Made by a program: the position numbers and the translations under genes. Positions 47,108 to 57,189 of a stretch of 63,973 nt of DNA are shown here, one piece after another. Location of the stretch: IMG/VR virus record IMGVR_UViG_3300032305_000764, positions 1-63,973 of that record; one strand, given 5' to 3'. The stretch comes from a virus. Lineage: Duplodnaviria; Caudoviricetes. Numbering within the stretch: position 1 is the stretch's first letter; the number at the start of each line of letters is the position of its first letter. The notes under the pieces were generated by a model. The model ran no database searches. It was given only the letters and a program-made list of their open reading frames with translations, and was not told the DNA's origin.

Positions 47108-49531
47108 TTATTTGGCTTCTAGTGCTGCCAAGCGGGTGGTAAGGTCTTGGATAAGGGCTTGTTGTTCTTGAATAGCCTTGATAAGCATTGGAACAAACAC
47201 GCTGTATTTCACGGCTTTGGTTGTTGTGCCAAGGTCATTGCCTTCCATATCCCTGTCAGGTGACTCATCAACCATTGCAGGGAATACAGTTTCCAATTCT
47301 TGAGCAACAACACCAATTTGTTTTGTTGTATCACCAATCAAGTTGTAGTTACGCACTTTAACTTGCATTAGGTCAGCAAGTTTTGGCGTAGCGTCAATAA
47401 TGTTTTCTTTTATTTTTGCATCAGAAATTGAGCCATAACTGTTGTTGGTGTTTTGGACATTACCATTGTTATAAACTCTAAACTGCAAAGAACCAGAATA
47501 ACCCTCAATAAATCTGCAAGAAGTTCCTGCCGTTGTCGTTGTATCAAGAATTAAAATAGAGTCTGTGTAAGAAGAAGTGTCAGCCCTTAAATATCCAACT
47601 CGACTGTTTGTAGTTGTTCTTGATACAACGAATGGGTATGCATAACTCGTAGACCCCACCAGCAAGTTACCGCTGGAGTCGATACGCATGCGTTCTGCTG
47701 ATGCACCCGCTAAACTTGTCCAAAATGCCAATGCGCCATTAGTTCCCGCACCTTCTCGAATGCCTTTAATTTGAGCCGCAGTTGAACCAGCATCGCCTTC
47801 CGTCCCTGCTGATGCCTCAAAATTTAAAACGGCAGCCGAGCCAACAGTTCCATTTGAATTTCGTAATGTCAACGCTTTAAAATCGGTTGCTGAACTTCCT
47901 GAAGCAGAAATCTTTGAAACTTGAGTAGTCGTCCCAACCCCCAAATTCCCACTTGCATCCAGCGTCATTGCATCAACAAATGTAATTGCGTTACCCGCTG
48001 TTCCAGAAACCGCATTAGACCAAACATGAGAACCAGCGCTTTGGTTGTACAAAGTTGCGGTTGTTGTTCTGGCGTATTTAAATCCCGAATTAAACGACAC
48101 ATTGTTACTCACCCAAATATTGGATGAATTACCCAAAACACCATTACCAGTTTGGGCAACATTTATGCCTAAAACCCCGCTTCCAGTATATGTTGCAGGT
48201 GTAACCCCCAAGCCGAGGTTACCGCTATAGTCGATGACCATGCGGGTCGTAGTTGGGTCTGCTCCTTGTGTTGCGCCCGTTCTAAACGACAACGCGCCCT
48301 GTCCATCAATGTTGTTTGAAATTTCCCAGTTTCTTTCAAGAGCATTAGGGTCTGTAGTGTTCCAACGAATTGCTACTACGTTAGACCCACTCATAGCTAT
48401 CTGACCACGTTGGGTAGTGCTGTAAACATCTAGCTTCTTTGTAGGCGAACTTGTACCAATACCCACGTTACCGCTGGCGTTGATACGCATCTTTTCAGTT
48501 GGGGCAGCATTAGCACCGCCAGATGCAGTAGAGAAAACCAAATCCCCAGCCCAGTTAGAAGTCCATGAGCCTCCACTAGAAATACAAGAAATTAATGCTT
48601 GTGGTTGTTGAATTCCACCTTCTGGTGTATTGCTGTTTGTAAATGCAAGACCGTAATGTTGACCGTTGACAGCATCATTGCTATTAAAGATAGCGGCATA
48701 CGCTGCGGGGGTGTTAAGCGTTGCATTGCCAACAACAGAAACAGTTAATTTGTTGGCAGGACTATTTGTACCAATACCCAGCCCTGTGCTGGTTAGGCGC
48801 ATACCTTCTGTGCCGCCATTAGCAAAAGTTATTGCGTTTGATGCTGATAAAGCAAAATTGGCTGAGCCATCTAAAGAAAAGTTAGCTCTCGCACTACCGC
48901 CGCCTGTGCCTTCGTAAAAATTAATTAAGTTGCGAGTTCCTGAAGAACCTTCGTTTTTTACAGAAAGCGCATAATTAGCCGCTGTCGTATTTGTAAGCAT
49001 AAAACCAACAGCACCATTACTATAAACCTCACCAGACTGAGAAGATGAAGTTGTAGCCGCAGTTGTTCCAACAAAAAATCTAGAACCATCAAATTGCAGC
49101 GCACTACCAGAGGTCAGTACTTTGGAGCCGTTGAGGTAGGTCACTCCGTTGGCTGTGCCGCCCGATAGGGTTACGTTGCCCGAAGCAGAAACAGTAGTAA
49201 ATGCACCAGTATTAGCAGTAGTAGCACCCACAGTACCGTTCAATGGGCCAGCAAAGCCCGAAGAGGTCAATACTGTACCGCTCCATGTCAGAGAAGCAGA
49301 GCCAGCCAATACGCCAGAATTGTTGAACTGAACTTGGGTAGTAGAACCACCGATAGAACCTGTGGCTTTAGAGGCCATAGTCTGAACAACGCCAGCGCTG
49401 TCCTTGTAGAATAATTTTCCATCTGCGGTGTTAACTGCCAACTCGCCTTGTGCAAGGTTAGCCGCCAGAGGAACAGCAGAAGCTGTTGCGCTCGAATAAT
49501 TTAGGATGGGGGTGTAGCCTGTTTGTGCCAT
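47108..49531 (-). CDS. Tail fibre with C-terminal S74 intramolecular chaperone
   Basis: N-terminal GELAVNTADGKLFYKD; repeated MRI..SGNVGIGT; SDAKIKENI...IGVVAQE...LIKAIQEQQ. Confidence 0.88.
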   Translation of the reverse strand: MAQTGYTPILNYSSATASAVPLAANLAQGELAVNTADGKLFYKDSAGVVQTMASKATGSIGGSTTQVQFNNSGVLAGSASLTWSGTVLTSSGFAGPLNGTVGATTANTGAFTTVSASGNVTLSGGTANGVTYLNGSKVLTSGSALQFDGSRFFVGTTAATTSSSQSGEVYSNGAVGFMLTNTTAANYALSVKNEGSSGTRNLINFYEGTGGGSARANFSLDGSANFALSASNAITFANGGTEGMRLTSTGLGIGTNSPANKLTVSVVGNATLNTPAAYAAIFNSNDAVNGQHYGLAFTNSNTPEGGIQQPQALISCISSGGSWTSNWAGDLVFSTASGGANAAPTEKMRINASGNVGIGTSSPTKKLDVYSTTQRGQIAMSGSNVVAIRWNTTDPNALERNWEISNNIDGQGALSFRTGATQGADPTTTRMVIDYSGNLGLGVTPATYTGSGVLGINVAQTGNGVLGNSSNIWVSNNVSFNSGFKYARTTTATLYNQSAGSHVWSNAVSGTAGNAITFVDAMTLDASGNLGVGTTTQVSKISASGSSATDFKALTLRNSNGTVGSAAVLNFEASAGTEGDAGSTAAQIKGIREGAGTNGALAFWTSLAGASAERMRIDSSGNLLVGSTSYAYPFVVSRTTTNSRVGYLRADTSSYTDSILILDTTTTAGTSCRFIEGYSGSLQFRVYNNGNVQNTNNSYGSISDAKIKENIIDATPKLADLMQVKVRNYNLIGDTTKQIGVVAQELETVFPAMVDESPDRDMEGNDLGTTTKAVKYSVFVPMLIKAIQEQQALIQDLTTRLAALEAK

Positions 49532-49543
49532 GTTAAATACTCC

Positions 49544-51640
49544 TTAGAATGTGCCGCCGGAGATGGAGGTAACTCCGTATCCCGATAGTGTAGTGGGTTT
49601 GCTTGTTAAATCTGCAAATGAACCAGAAAAAAGTGTTGGCTTACCAGTCAGATCGCCGTAATCCCCAGAGGTTGCAACTGTAGCCAAGCTGGGCTTACCA
49701 GACAGGTCAGAGTACGCGCCAGAGAATAGGGTAGGCTTGCCAGACAAGTCAGCGTAAGAGCCGCTTGTAGCCACTGTAGCGAGGCTGGAGGTGTTAGCTT
49801 TACCAGCGATAGCGGTAGTGACGTGAGCCTCGGTAGCCAAAGCAACTTCTTGGGTTGTGGGGCCAGCCATCCACTTGCCTACGGACTCTTTCCAGATCAG
49901 ACGCTGACGGGCCAAATCGCCACGATCCACGTCCAAACCAGCTACGTCCAAGCTAACGCCAGAACCAGCTTCATCTTTGTTTACGGTGATGATGTTGTCT
50001 TTAACGGTCAACACTGTGGAATTAACGGTAGTAGGAGTACCTGCCACGGTGAAGTTACCAGAAACAGTCAAGTTGCCCGAAACGGTTTGGTCACCCACGG
50101 TAGCCACGGTAGGGGCAGTCATGGTGATTTGTGTAGCAGAACTCAAGCGAGTCAAGCCGCCTGTACCAGTAGACTGAACCACTACGTCAGCGTTAGCGCC
50201 GCTAGAACCGATGGTTGTAGAAGCTACAGAGTCAAGCACCAAAGTACCAGAACCTGTGGTAGCAATACGCATACCTTGGTTGGTGTCTGCGGTGAAAGTA
50301 ATGGTGTTAGCAGAAGAACCCAAAACTGGAACTCCGTCTACGTACAGAGTGTTTGCATCAATGTGCATCTCTTCTGTGTAGATAGCGTTGAACTTCTTGG
50401 TAGGTGAGCCGATGTTAGAAACACCAGTCACGGCAGGAAGGATGTCGCCAGTCAGCGAAGCTACGTTAGCAGGAGCAAAACCCAGAGCAGTCTGGATAGA
50501 GCTAGAGGTTACCGATGCGTCAGAACCTGCGGGGCCTGTATTGCCTGTATCACCTTTAGGGCCTTGAGCACCAGTCGCTCCTGTTGGGCCTTGGGGGCCA
50601 GTAGCACCCGTAGCACCCTGTGGGCCTGTATCTCCAGTGTCGCCTTTATCGCCTTTCAGGCCCTGAATACCCTGTGCGCCAGTAACACCTGTTGGGCCAG
50701 TAGAACCTGTGTCTCCCTTGTCGCCCTTCAAGCCTTGGGGGCCTTGAGCACCAGCAGGGCCTGTAGCACCGTCAGCACCAGCCGATCCAGTGTCCCCCTT
50801 AAGACCTTGAGGGCCTTGAGCGCCTGTGGCACCTGTAGTACCTTGGATACCTTGTGGGCCTTGTGCACCTGTTGCACCAGTAGCGCCGTTAGGGCCAGCA
50901 GGGCCTTGAGCACCAGTGGCTCCGGTATCGCCTTTGTCACCCTTGTCGCCCTTTAACTGAGCCACTACGCCAGCGGGGAGTGTGGTGACGTTAGAGAGGT
51001 CAGAATTGGCTTTATTGGAAACGACTGTTGTCAATGCGGAAACAGCAGACTGGTCATTAGCTAACTGGTCTGCGATTTCTTTCAGAGTATCTAAAGCGGC
51101 GGGAGCAGCACCCACTACAACAGCGATAGAAGCGTCAATCTGTGGCTGGATGCTTGCACCAGTCAGAGCAGGAGAGCCGTTGATGTACACGCCAGAAGTG
51201 TTGATCTCGACGGCCTGACCCACTTGGATCAAGCTGGCCTTCAACAGGGGAACGTCCACTGTATCAGGAGCCACCACCATTACTGTTCCGCGCACAGCGC
51301 TAGTGAATGTCAAGCGGAAAGAGTTAGCGTTGATGTCTTCTTTACCAACCGACAAGATGTTGCCAGTTTGGTCTTTAACCTGAATCCACAAGTTAGTGCT
51401 GTTCAAGTTGTGAGTCACAACCCAAGTGGAAGAATCCAAACCTTGGCTGTGAATGTACGAATTTGTCTTAGATGCAAAGGGATACCAAGTCTCCAGATCA
51501 CCCACCTTGATGTAGGCAAACAGGCACTTGTCCTTGATCATGATGGTGCCAATTTTGGGGTTGGCGGGGAAGCCAGACTCGTTGACTTCCATAACCAAAG
51601 CGCCGTACAGCGCTAGGTCGTTATAGATTCTTGATTCCAT
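49544..51640 (-). CDS. Collagen-like fibre protein
   Basis: About 45 Gly-X-Y triplets; [12 protein letters not shown]; [10 protein letters not shown] repeats; ends SGGTF. Confidence 0.85.
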   Translation of the reverse strand: MESRIYNDLALYGALVMEVNESGFPANPKIGTIMIKDKCLFAYIKVGDLETWYPFASKTNSYIHSQGLDSSTWVVTHNLNSTNLWIQVKDQTGNILSVGKEDINANSFRLTFTSAVRGTVMVVAPDTVDVPLLKASLIQVGQAVEINTSGVYINGSPALTGASIQPQIDASIAVVVGAAPAALDTLKEIADQLANDQSAVSALTTVVSNKANSDLSNVTTLPAGVVAQLKGDKGDKGDTGATGAQGPAGPNGATGATGAQGPQGIQGTTGATGAQGPQGLKGDTGSAGADGATGPAGAQGPQGLKGDKGDTGSTGPTGVTGAQGIQGLKGDKGDTGDTGPQGATGATGPQGPTGATGAQGPKGDTGNTGPAGSDASVTSSSIQTALGFAPANVASLTGDILPAVTGVSNIGSPTKKFNAIYTEEMHIDANTLYVDGVPVLGSSANTITFTADTNQGMRIATTGSGTLVLDSVASTTIGSSGANADVVVQSTGTGGLTRLSSATQITMTAPTVATVGDQTVSGNLTVSGNFTVAGTPTTVNSTVLTVKDNIITVNKDEAGSGVSLDVAGLDVDRGDLARQRLIWKESVGKWMAGPTTQEVALATEAHVTTAIAGKANTSSLATVATSGSYADLSGKPTLFSGAYSDLSGKPSLATVATSGDYGDLTGKPTLFSGSFADLTSKPTTLSGYGVTSISGGTF

Positions 51641-51844
51641 TTAAATTCCTTTCGGGGTAATGCCCCTCATATATGCCGTGCCATGAGCAACCTTTTTCAT
51701 CACTAAGAGCGTGTCGTAAGACTGGCTAATGAAATCCAATAGTTCTTGTTTTTTGACGACGCCGATTTTGTACATTTCATATTTCTCTTGTACGTCATCA
51801 GCAACGCGGATTAGCCATTCACGAATTCTCTCAGCTTCGGTCAC
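51641..51844 (-). CDS. Small hypothetical protein
   Basis: 67 aa, abuts the collagen gene. Confidence 0.55.
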   Translation of the reverse strand: MTEAERIREWLIRVADDVQEKYEMYKIGVVKKQELLDFISQSYDTLLVMKKVAHGTAYMRGITPKGI

Positions 51845-52040
51845 TCTCTAATATCCTCGTCTCAGCAGTTTCGTAAAACCGCTTTATCCATTCGATATTC
51901 TCAGACAACTGATCCCTGTCATCTTCGCCAAGTGGGTCTTCAATCAAATCCGCAAGATCACGAATCTCACTTTCAAGTTTTGAAAATGCGTCGTCCACGG
52001 TCTTTATGGAATCAAAATTAAAGTTTGGCAGAGCTTTCAT
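51831..52040 (-). CDS. Small hypothetical protein
   Basis: 69 aa, acidic and helical. Confidence 0.55.
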   Translation of the reverse strand: MKALPNFNFDSIKTVDDAFSKLESEIRDLADLIEDPLGEDDRDQLSENIEWIKRFYETAETRILESDRS

Positions 52041-52068
52041 AAGAACGGGGGGTGATTAGCCCCCCTCC
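52041..52068 (-). terminator. Intergenic hairpin, possible terminator
   Basis: G6-TGATTAG-C6 followed by GTTCTT on the minus strand (weak U-tract). Confidence 0.45.
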
Positions 52069-52072
52069 TTAA

Positions 52073-53851
52073 TTACAGGCTAGCAGCGCTACGGCAGATC
52101 ACTTTGACCTTGAGAGCGGTAGACAAGTACACTTTAACGGTGTTGCTGTCTTGCTCTTCAACGGACACGATGTCGTTGTAGTACTTACCGTTGGCACGCT
52201 CAACTTGCACGCCCACGTCCACGAAACCGTTGTTCAGGTTGTGGGTGATGGTGTGCACGGTAGCAGCAGCGGATGCTTGGAAGGTGTGCACAGTAGCGTT
52301 GTAGTCACTACGGATTGCGGTGTCGGCGGCTGCACGAGCAGAGGCTTCGGCAGTTACAGCAGCTTGACGATCAGAAATCTCTGTAGAGATACGTCCATCC
52401 AAAGCAACTTCAGCAGCTTGAGCGCGGCTGATTTCGCTGTTCAGGTCGCTACGCAGGGAAGCGTCAGCGGCAGAACGGGCAGATGCTTCGGCTGTATCGG
52501 CAGCAGCGCGGGCTGTAGCTTCAGCAGTAACGGCAGCTTGACGGTCAGCAATCTCAGTGTTTAAGTCAGCACGGAGACCAGCTTCAACACCTTCTGCGCG
52601 AGTCTTTTCAGTAGCAATCGCGGTAGCGTTGGTTTGGTCGCCAGTTTGACGAGCAGAGATTTCTGCGTTCAGGTCAGAACGCAAAGACGAATCAGCAGCG
52701 ATACGTGCAGACTCTTCAGCAGTAACAGCGGCTGCGCGAGCGGCAGACTCAGCAGTCAGATCAGAACGCAGACCAGCTTCTACGCCTTCAGCACGAGTTT
52801 TCTCAGTGGCGATTGCAGTAGCGTTGGCTTGCTCAGCAGCTTGTGCACGAGCAATTTCAGCGGTCAGATCGGTGCGGAGGCCAGCCTCAACGCCTTCAGC
52901 GCGTGACTTCTCGGTAGCGATAGCGGCTGCATTGGTAGCATCACCAGCGGCGCGAGCAGTAGCTTCGGCAGAGTCAGCGGCAGTACGTGCAGCAGTTTCA
53001 GCAGTCAGGTCTGTACGCAAGCCAGCTTCCACGCCAGTAGCGCGGGTAACTTCAGCAGCCAGATCGGTAGTCAGGGTCTGCTCTGCGGCTTGAGCACGAG
53101 AGATTTCGCTAGACAGGCCAGAGTTAACTTCGTTGATAGCACCAACCAAGTCAGACTTGTAGGTGGTGTTCAGGTTGTTCAGGTTACCGATCTTGCCGCT
53201 GGACTGTGCTTCCAAGCTGGTAATACGGCCATCCAAAGCTGTGTCAGCAGCAGCGCGGGTAGAGGCTTCTGCGCTAACAGCGGCTTGGCGATCCGAAACT
53301 TCAGTAGTGATACGGCCAGACAGAGCGGCTTCAGCGGCAGCAGCACGGGTCTCTTCAGCGTCAACTTCAGCTTGAGTTGCGGCAATCATGCCTTCCAACA
53401 CGTTGATGATGTTGGGGTCGTTTTCCAGAGCGTTAGCTAATTCGGTGATGGTGTCCAAAACCGAAGGAGGGATACCGCCGAGCAGGTCAGCTTTAGTCTG
53501 GTCAATTTTAGCGTCCAGAGCAGCTTCAGCAGCAGTAGCGCGTGTGATCTCAGCAGACAGGTTAGAAGCGATGGTGCCTTCAGCGGCAGTAGCGCGAGTT
53601 ACTTCGGCAGAGATAGACTGCTCGATAGCCAACTTCTCTTGAGCAGCAGACTCAGCGTCCTTGATGGTGCGAACAACAACTGAACCAGAGCTGTTCAGGC
53701 CGGAATAGCGGAGTACCTTGTCGGTAGTGTTGAACCAAATGCGACCAGCATCAAGTGGGGATGGGTCGGAAGCTAAACGCTCAATGTTGAGGTTTTCTAC
53801 GTAGGCACCAGCCGCGAGGGTAATGCCGTGAAATACTGGAAAATTAGCCAT
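52073..53851 (-). CDS. Ala-rich repetitive coiled-coil fibre protein
   Basis: Many AE..RA.A(A/V)E repeats; LDTITELANAL; C-terminal ITHNLN beta domain. Confidence 0.8.
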   Translation of the reverse strand: MANFPVFHGITLAAGAYVENLNIERLASDPSPLDAGRIWFNTTDKVLRYSGLNSSGSVVVRTIKDAESAAQEKLAIEQSISAEVTRATAAEGTIASNLSAEITRATAAEAALDAKIDQTKADLLGGIPPSVLDTITELANALENDPNIINVLEGMIAATQAEVDAEETRAAAAEAALSGRITTEVSDRQAAVSAEASTRAAADTALDGRITSLEAQSSGKIGNLNNLNTTYKSDLVGAINEVNSGLSSEISRAQAAEQTLTTDLAAEVTRATGVEAGLRTDLTAETAARTAADSAEATARAAGDATNAAAIATEKSRAEGVEAGLRTDLTAEIARAQAAEQANATAIATEKTRAEGVEAGLRSDLTAESAARAAAVTAEESARIAADSSLRSDLNAEISARQTGDQTNATAIATEKTRAEGVEAGLRADLNTEIADRQAAVTAEATARAAADTAEASARSAADASLRSDLNSEISRAQAAEVALDGRISTEISDRQAAVTAEASARAAADTAIRSDYNATVHTFQASAAATVHTITHNLNNGFVDVGVQVERANGKYYNDIVSVEEQDSNTVKVYLSTALKVKVICRSAASL

Positions 53852-53908
53852 GTGTCACTCCAAAAAATGAATTAGTTTGTAGGTCTCGACACATCCGGTT
53901 GTGGGGCA

Positions 53909-54118
53909 CTATACCACCACGAATCGCCTTAGTGTAAGCAATTCTTGATCAACTTTCAAGGCATCGCTTGCTGCATGTTGTACACGCCACTCCATCTCAG
54001 GAGTGTCGCTCTCTAAAAAAAATTTATTGTCTTTAAAAGCCAACAAAGTCGCCCCGTGTGCCTTCATAAAAGCGGCAAGGTGGATGTCTCTTTTAGGAAC
54101 CGCGATCTTGTAAGTCAT
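53909..54118 (-). CDS. Small hypothetical protein
   Basis: 69 aa, RDIHLAAFMKAHG. Confidence 0.55.
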   Translation of the reverse strand: MTYKIAVPKRDIHLAAFMKAHGATLLAFKDNKFFLESDTPEMEWRVQHAASDALKVDQELLTLRRFVVV

Positions 54119-54127
54119 GTGAGTACT

Positions 54128-54424
54128 TTATAGGATAAATGTGACAATTGCTGTGCCCGCGACAGGGGCTGTAAAATAAATTTTTATTTCACTATCTGTT
54201 GTAGCTTCGACACCCGCATAGATTGCGCGTCCGGTGCTGTCTAACAAGGCAACACTCACCTTGTTCGTTTCGTATTCGTGTGGCAGTACCCAAGAAAGTT
54301 GAGCCGTCTCAAACGTGAAAACTTTCGTTCTCGTTGTTGCTGCGCCTGTTGCCGCAGAACCGTTTGTCGTCCCGTAAACTTGCCCGTACACACCACCTGC
54401 TGAAATGCGGGTGTATGAGATCAT
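54128..54424 (-). CDS. Small beta-sandwich virion protein
   Basis: SWVLPH...VSVALLDSTG...IKIYFTAPVAGTAIV, similar to modules in the two neighbouring fibres. Confidence 0.6.
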   Translation of the reverse strand: MISYTRISAGGVYGQVYGTTNGSAATGAATTRTKVFTFETAQLSWVLPHEYETNKVSVALLDSTGRAIYAGVEATTDSEIKIYFTAPVAGTAIVTFIL

Positions 54425-54425
54425 G

Positions 54426-54746
54426 TCAGTTTACACCTGCTTGTATTACTTGTAGCGTCGCACTCCCGGAGGTGTACGACGTCAGGGTCAATCGGACTGC
54501 GGTGATGGGATAGCCGTAGTAACCGTCTTGCGTAGTGGTTTCTCCTGTTAGAAACTGAAACCAGAACTCTTCGTTCGGCACGCGAGTCAAGATGTCTTGA
54601 TACATGTGCTCTACGTTATACGTTAATACAGACCCAGCCGACACTAAAACCGCTACACCTACGTTAATCGGGATTACATTAAGATTAATCGGAAGCGGCT
54701 TACTACTCCCCACCGACGCTAAGGTGGTTGACATAATACGCGCCAT
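54426..54746 (-). CDS. Small beta-rich virion protein
   Basis: MARIMST...LTYNVEH...YPITAVRL...LQVIQAG; AAGGAG ribosome-binding site. Confidence 0.65.
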   Translation of the reverse strand: MARIMSTTLASVGSSKPLPINLNVIPINVGVAVLVSAGSVLTYNVEHMYQDILTRVPNEEFWFQFLTGETTTQDGYYGYPITAVRLTLTSYTSGSATLQVIQAGVN

Positions 54747-54757
54747 CTCTACTCCTT

Positions 54758-55189
54758 CTAAAAAGTACCGCCACTCACTCCCGGCCCCTGTGCGATAGAC
54801 ACAAAATCCGACCCGTTCCAAGCTACAATTACAGTTCGACCGGCGGGGATTGTAACCCCTGTTGTCGGCCCTGCGCCTCGTATCACAATGCTTTGTATGC
54901 CAGCAGTAGCATTACAAACCACATAAATCTTTGACTGCGCCGGGGCAGTTATGCTCCGTGTCGTGGAGCCATTTGCCGTCCACAAAATAACCGCTTGTCG
55001 GGCTTGGTTGGAAGCACCAGTTGTGGTGGTCAATGTCACATCTGCGTCTGTGCTGATGGTTGTTGTACCCGCCACGGCGGTATCAAGAAGAGATGTGATG
55101 GCGTTGTTAACCGTGTCGCCCCAAGTCCCTTGGAGTTCACCCTGAACGGGCAGTGCTAAGCCCAATAACGATGTGTATGCTGTAGTCAT
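54758..55189 (-). CDS. Tail fibre anchor/adaptor protein
   Basis: MTTAYTSLLGLALP..GELQGTWGDTVN; ends SGGTF. Confidence 0.7.
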   Translation of the reverse strand: MTTAYTSLLGLALPVQGELQGTWGDTVNNAITSLLDTAVAGTTTISTDADVTLTTTTGASNQARQAVILWTANGSTTRSITAPAQSKIYVVCNATAGIQSIVIRGAGPTTGVTIPAGRTVIVAWNGSDFVSIAQGPGVSGGTF

Positions 55190-55198
55190 GTGTTATCC

Positions 55199-55981
55199 TT
55201 ACTGGGAAATCAAATTCCAAGTGGTTGAGGCTCCGTCGTTAATAGTAGTCCAACTGGGGGTTTGCCCGTCATTGATATTTTGCCAGTTTGGCGTCTGGTT
55301 GTCATTAATAACTTCCCAAAGCAGCCGAACAATGAACTGATCCGCCGCCGTTGCGTTTTCCAATATCGTGCTGTAAAAAATAGCCGCCGCCGTAGCGGCA
55401 TCAACCGCAGAAGCCGACTCTGCTATAGAAACCCCGAAATTCTGCTTGCACGCAATAGCATCCACCCCAGAGGCAGATTCTGACACAACCGTGTTAAACG
55501 CACCCGAGGGACTTGAAACATCTAATCCTGCGGCGTTTTCACTAACCGCCCCAAAGAACACAAAGCTAGAACCTGTGGTGTCTAAACCCGAGGCGGCTTC
55601 AGCTATTTCGGAGTCAAAAGTCTGGGCTACTACCGTGATGTCTATGCCACTTGCAGCCTCACCTATGTTGCAGGCGAAGTTCTGTTGTGCGGATGTACTG
55701 TCAACCCCAGATGCGCCATCTGAGAAATTGAGCCTGTAAACAGCAGACGCACTTGTGGCGTCAACTCCTGACGCTGCTTCATTTACAGAGTTGTTTAGGA
55801 TTACTAGAGCGTTGGAGAAATCAAGTCCGCTGGCGGCTTCAACAATGGCTACATTAAACCCGCTAGACGCTACGGCGTCAGTATCGGATGTGGAGGCAGC
55901 ATCAGACACGCCCCTGTAATAGACGGAACCGCCCCAAGCAGCTTCACCCCATGTGCCGGAACCCCAGCCGCCCTCGGCCAT
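55199..55981 (-). CDS. Virion protein with about 20-aa E.ASG.D repeats
   Basis: GWGSGTWGEAAWG start; about 10 periodic repeats; W..INDG tail. Confidence 0.7.
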   Translation of the reverse strand: MAEGGWGSGTWGEAAWGGSVYYRGVSDAASTSDTDAVASSGFNVAIVEAASGLDFSNALVILNNSVNEAASGVDATSASAVYRLNFSDGASGVDSTSAQQNFACNIGEAASGIDITVVAQTFDSEIAEAASGLDTTGSSFVFFGAVSENAAGLDVSSPSGAFNTVVSESASGVDAIACKQNFGVSIAESASAVDAATAAAIFYSTILENATAADQFIVRLLWEVINDNQTPNWQNINDGQTPSWTTINDGASTTWNLISQ

Positions 55982-55982
55982 A

Positions 55983-56162
55983 TCACGCCTCGTCTAATTC
56001 ATCTTCGGTAAACCAACGCTCTTGTTCAACGCCGTTTACATCTGCCCATTTAACCAAGTAGGTTATTTCGCCCTCTTCACTCATGTTCAATTTAGTGATA
56101 GGGCCCTCTGGAATGACGGCTTTCAGTTTTACAAGATCGCCACGTACGAATTTTGTTGGCAT
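55983..56162 (-). CDS. Small SH3-like protein (59 aa)
   Basis: Translated by hand: MPTKFVRGDLVKLK...YLVKW...ERWFTEDEL. Confidence 0.6.
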   Translation of the reverse strand: MPTKFVRGDLVKLKAVIPEGPITKLNMSEEGEITYLVKWADVNGVEQERWFTEDELDEA

Positions 56163-56171
56163 GTTAGCTCC

Positions 56172-56753
56172 TTAAGTCGCAGTCAAGCTGAATGTATAGG
56201 TCACGTTCAATGTGTCGCCAGAGGCCACAACACGGTCACCGGGGGCTGAAAAATCAGAAGCCGAGAACAACACGCCGGTAGTTCCGTTCTTGGTGTTGTT
56301 GCTGATCAGGAAAGCCCCGCCCACTGTAGCTGTTGCATTAATGGTGTATGAAGCGGGTGAAGCAGAGTTAGAAGCCACTGAAGGATTCGCTGTAGTGGGT
56401 GTCCCAAAAGTACAAACAGGTCGAGTGGCATTGCTATAGGGTACGATTTCTGTAAATCCGGGATGGGATGCTGCGGTGTCGGTGGCAGTTGGGTTGTTGC
56501 TGGCCGCTGCGCCGTACAAACCAATATACCATGCGGCGGTGTAAGAACTGCCGGTGAAGTACTTGGCGTTCATGTCTTGCAGACCTTCGTTAACCACGAG
56601 GTTGTGAAGCTCTTGAGACCATTTGACTTGACCGTCTGCGCCCACACACTCAAGCGTGTAAACGCCGCATGCAGAAGCTTTGTCTGCATTGCCAGCCGCA
56701 CGGGTCAGAGATGCTGCTACAACATCAACTCCAGAAGATTTATCTAACATCAT
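56172..56753 (-). CDS. Hypothetical tail protein
   Basis: HNLVVNEG...WYIGL...GDTLNVTYTFS; start after AAGGAG. Confidence 0.7.
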   Translation of the reverse strand: MMLDKSSGVDVVAASLTRAAGNADKASACGVYTLECVGADGQVKWSQELHNLVVNEGLQDMNAKYFTGSSYTAAWYIGLYGAAASNNPTATDTAASHPGFTEIVPYSNATRPVCTFGTPTTANPSVASNSASPASYTINATATVGGAFLISNNTKNGTTGVLFSASDFSAPGDRVVASGDTLNVTYTFSLTAT

Positions 56754-56763
56754 GTTTCGCTCC

Positions 56764-57189
56764 TTATGCGATACGTATAATTGCCGAAGTATTGGTAACA
56801 GCGGGAAACTGCACCGTGAAAGTGGTGGTAGAGGTTTTGTCGTTACCAAAATCTAAAACACAAACCGTTGGGTTGCCGCCGCCGCTCTTATAAATCAAAG
56901 CCCCGCGAGCGGTTAAAGCAGCCGTCCAGACTGCGTTAGCAAAAGACAAATAAGCAACGTCTCCGGAATTTCCTATTGTAGGCGTTTGATCTACCGTGAG
57001 AGTGTAACCTCCGGCGGTGTATCCACTAGCCACAACTTCCCCGATAGGCGTGTAAACGCTCGTTGTCTGATCCAATGTGGCTTGGTTTGTGTACAAAGCA
57101 ATCTTGAATGTGTCGGTCGTAAAGTTGTATTGACCATTCGCAAGGCCAGTCTTGAACACATTGCAGGAAAAATTTCCAGTAAACGCCAT
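56764..57189 (-). CDS. Hypothetical tail protein
   Basis: DTFKIALYT...GYTAGG...ARGALIY...LDFGNDK. Confidence 0.7.
   Translation of the reverse strand: MAFTGNFSCNVFKTGLANGQYNFTTDTFKIALYTNQATLDQTTSVYTPIGEVVASGYTAGGYTLTVDQTPTIGNSGDVAYLSFANAVWTAALTARGALIYKSGGGNPTVCVLDFGNDKTSTTTFTVQFPAVTNTSAIIRIA

Noticed and set aside
47108-49531. Diversity-generating retroelement, suggested by the Mtd-like N-terminus
   Set aside because: No reverse transcriptase and no template/variable repeat pair seen
50530-50955. Collagen repeats as a DNA tandem array or eukaryotic transfer
   Set aside because: The repeats are protein-level Gly-X-Y with varied codons, which is common in phage fibres
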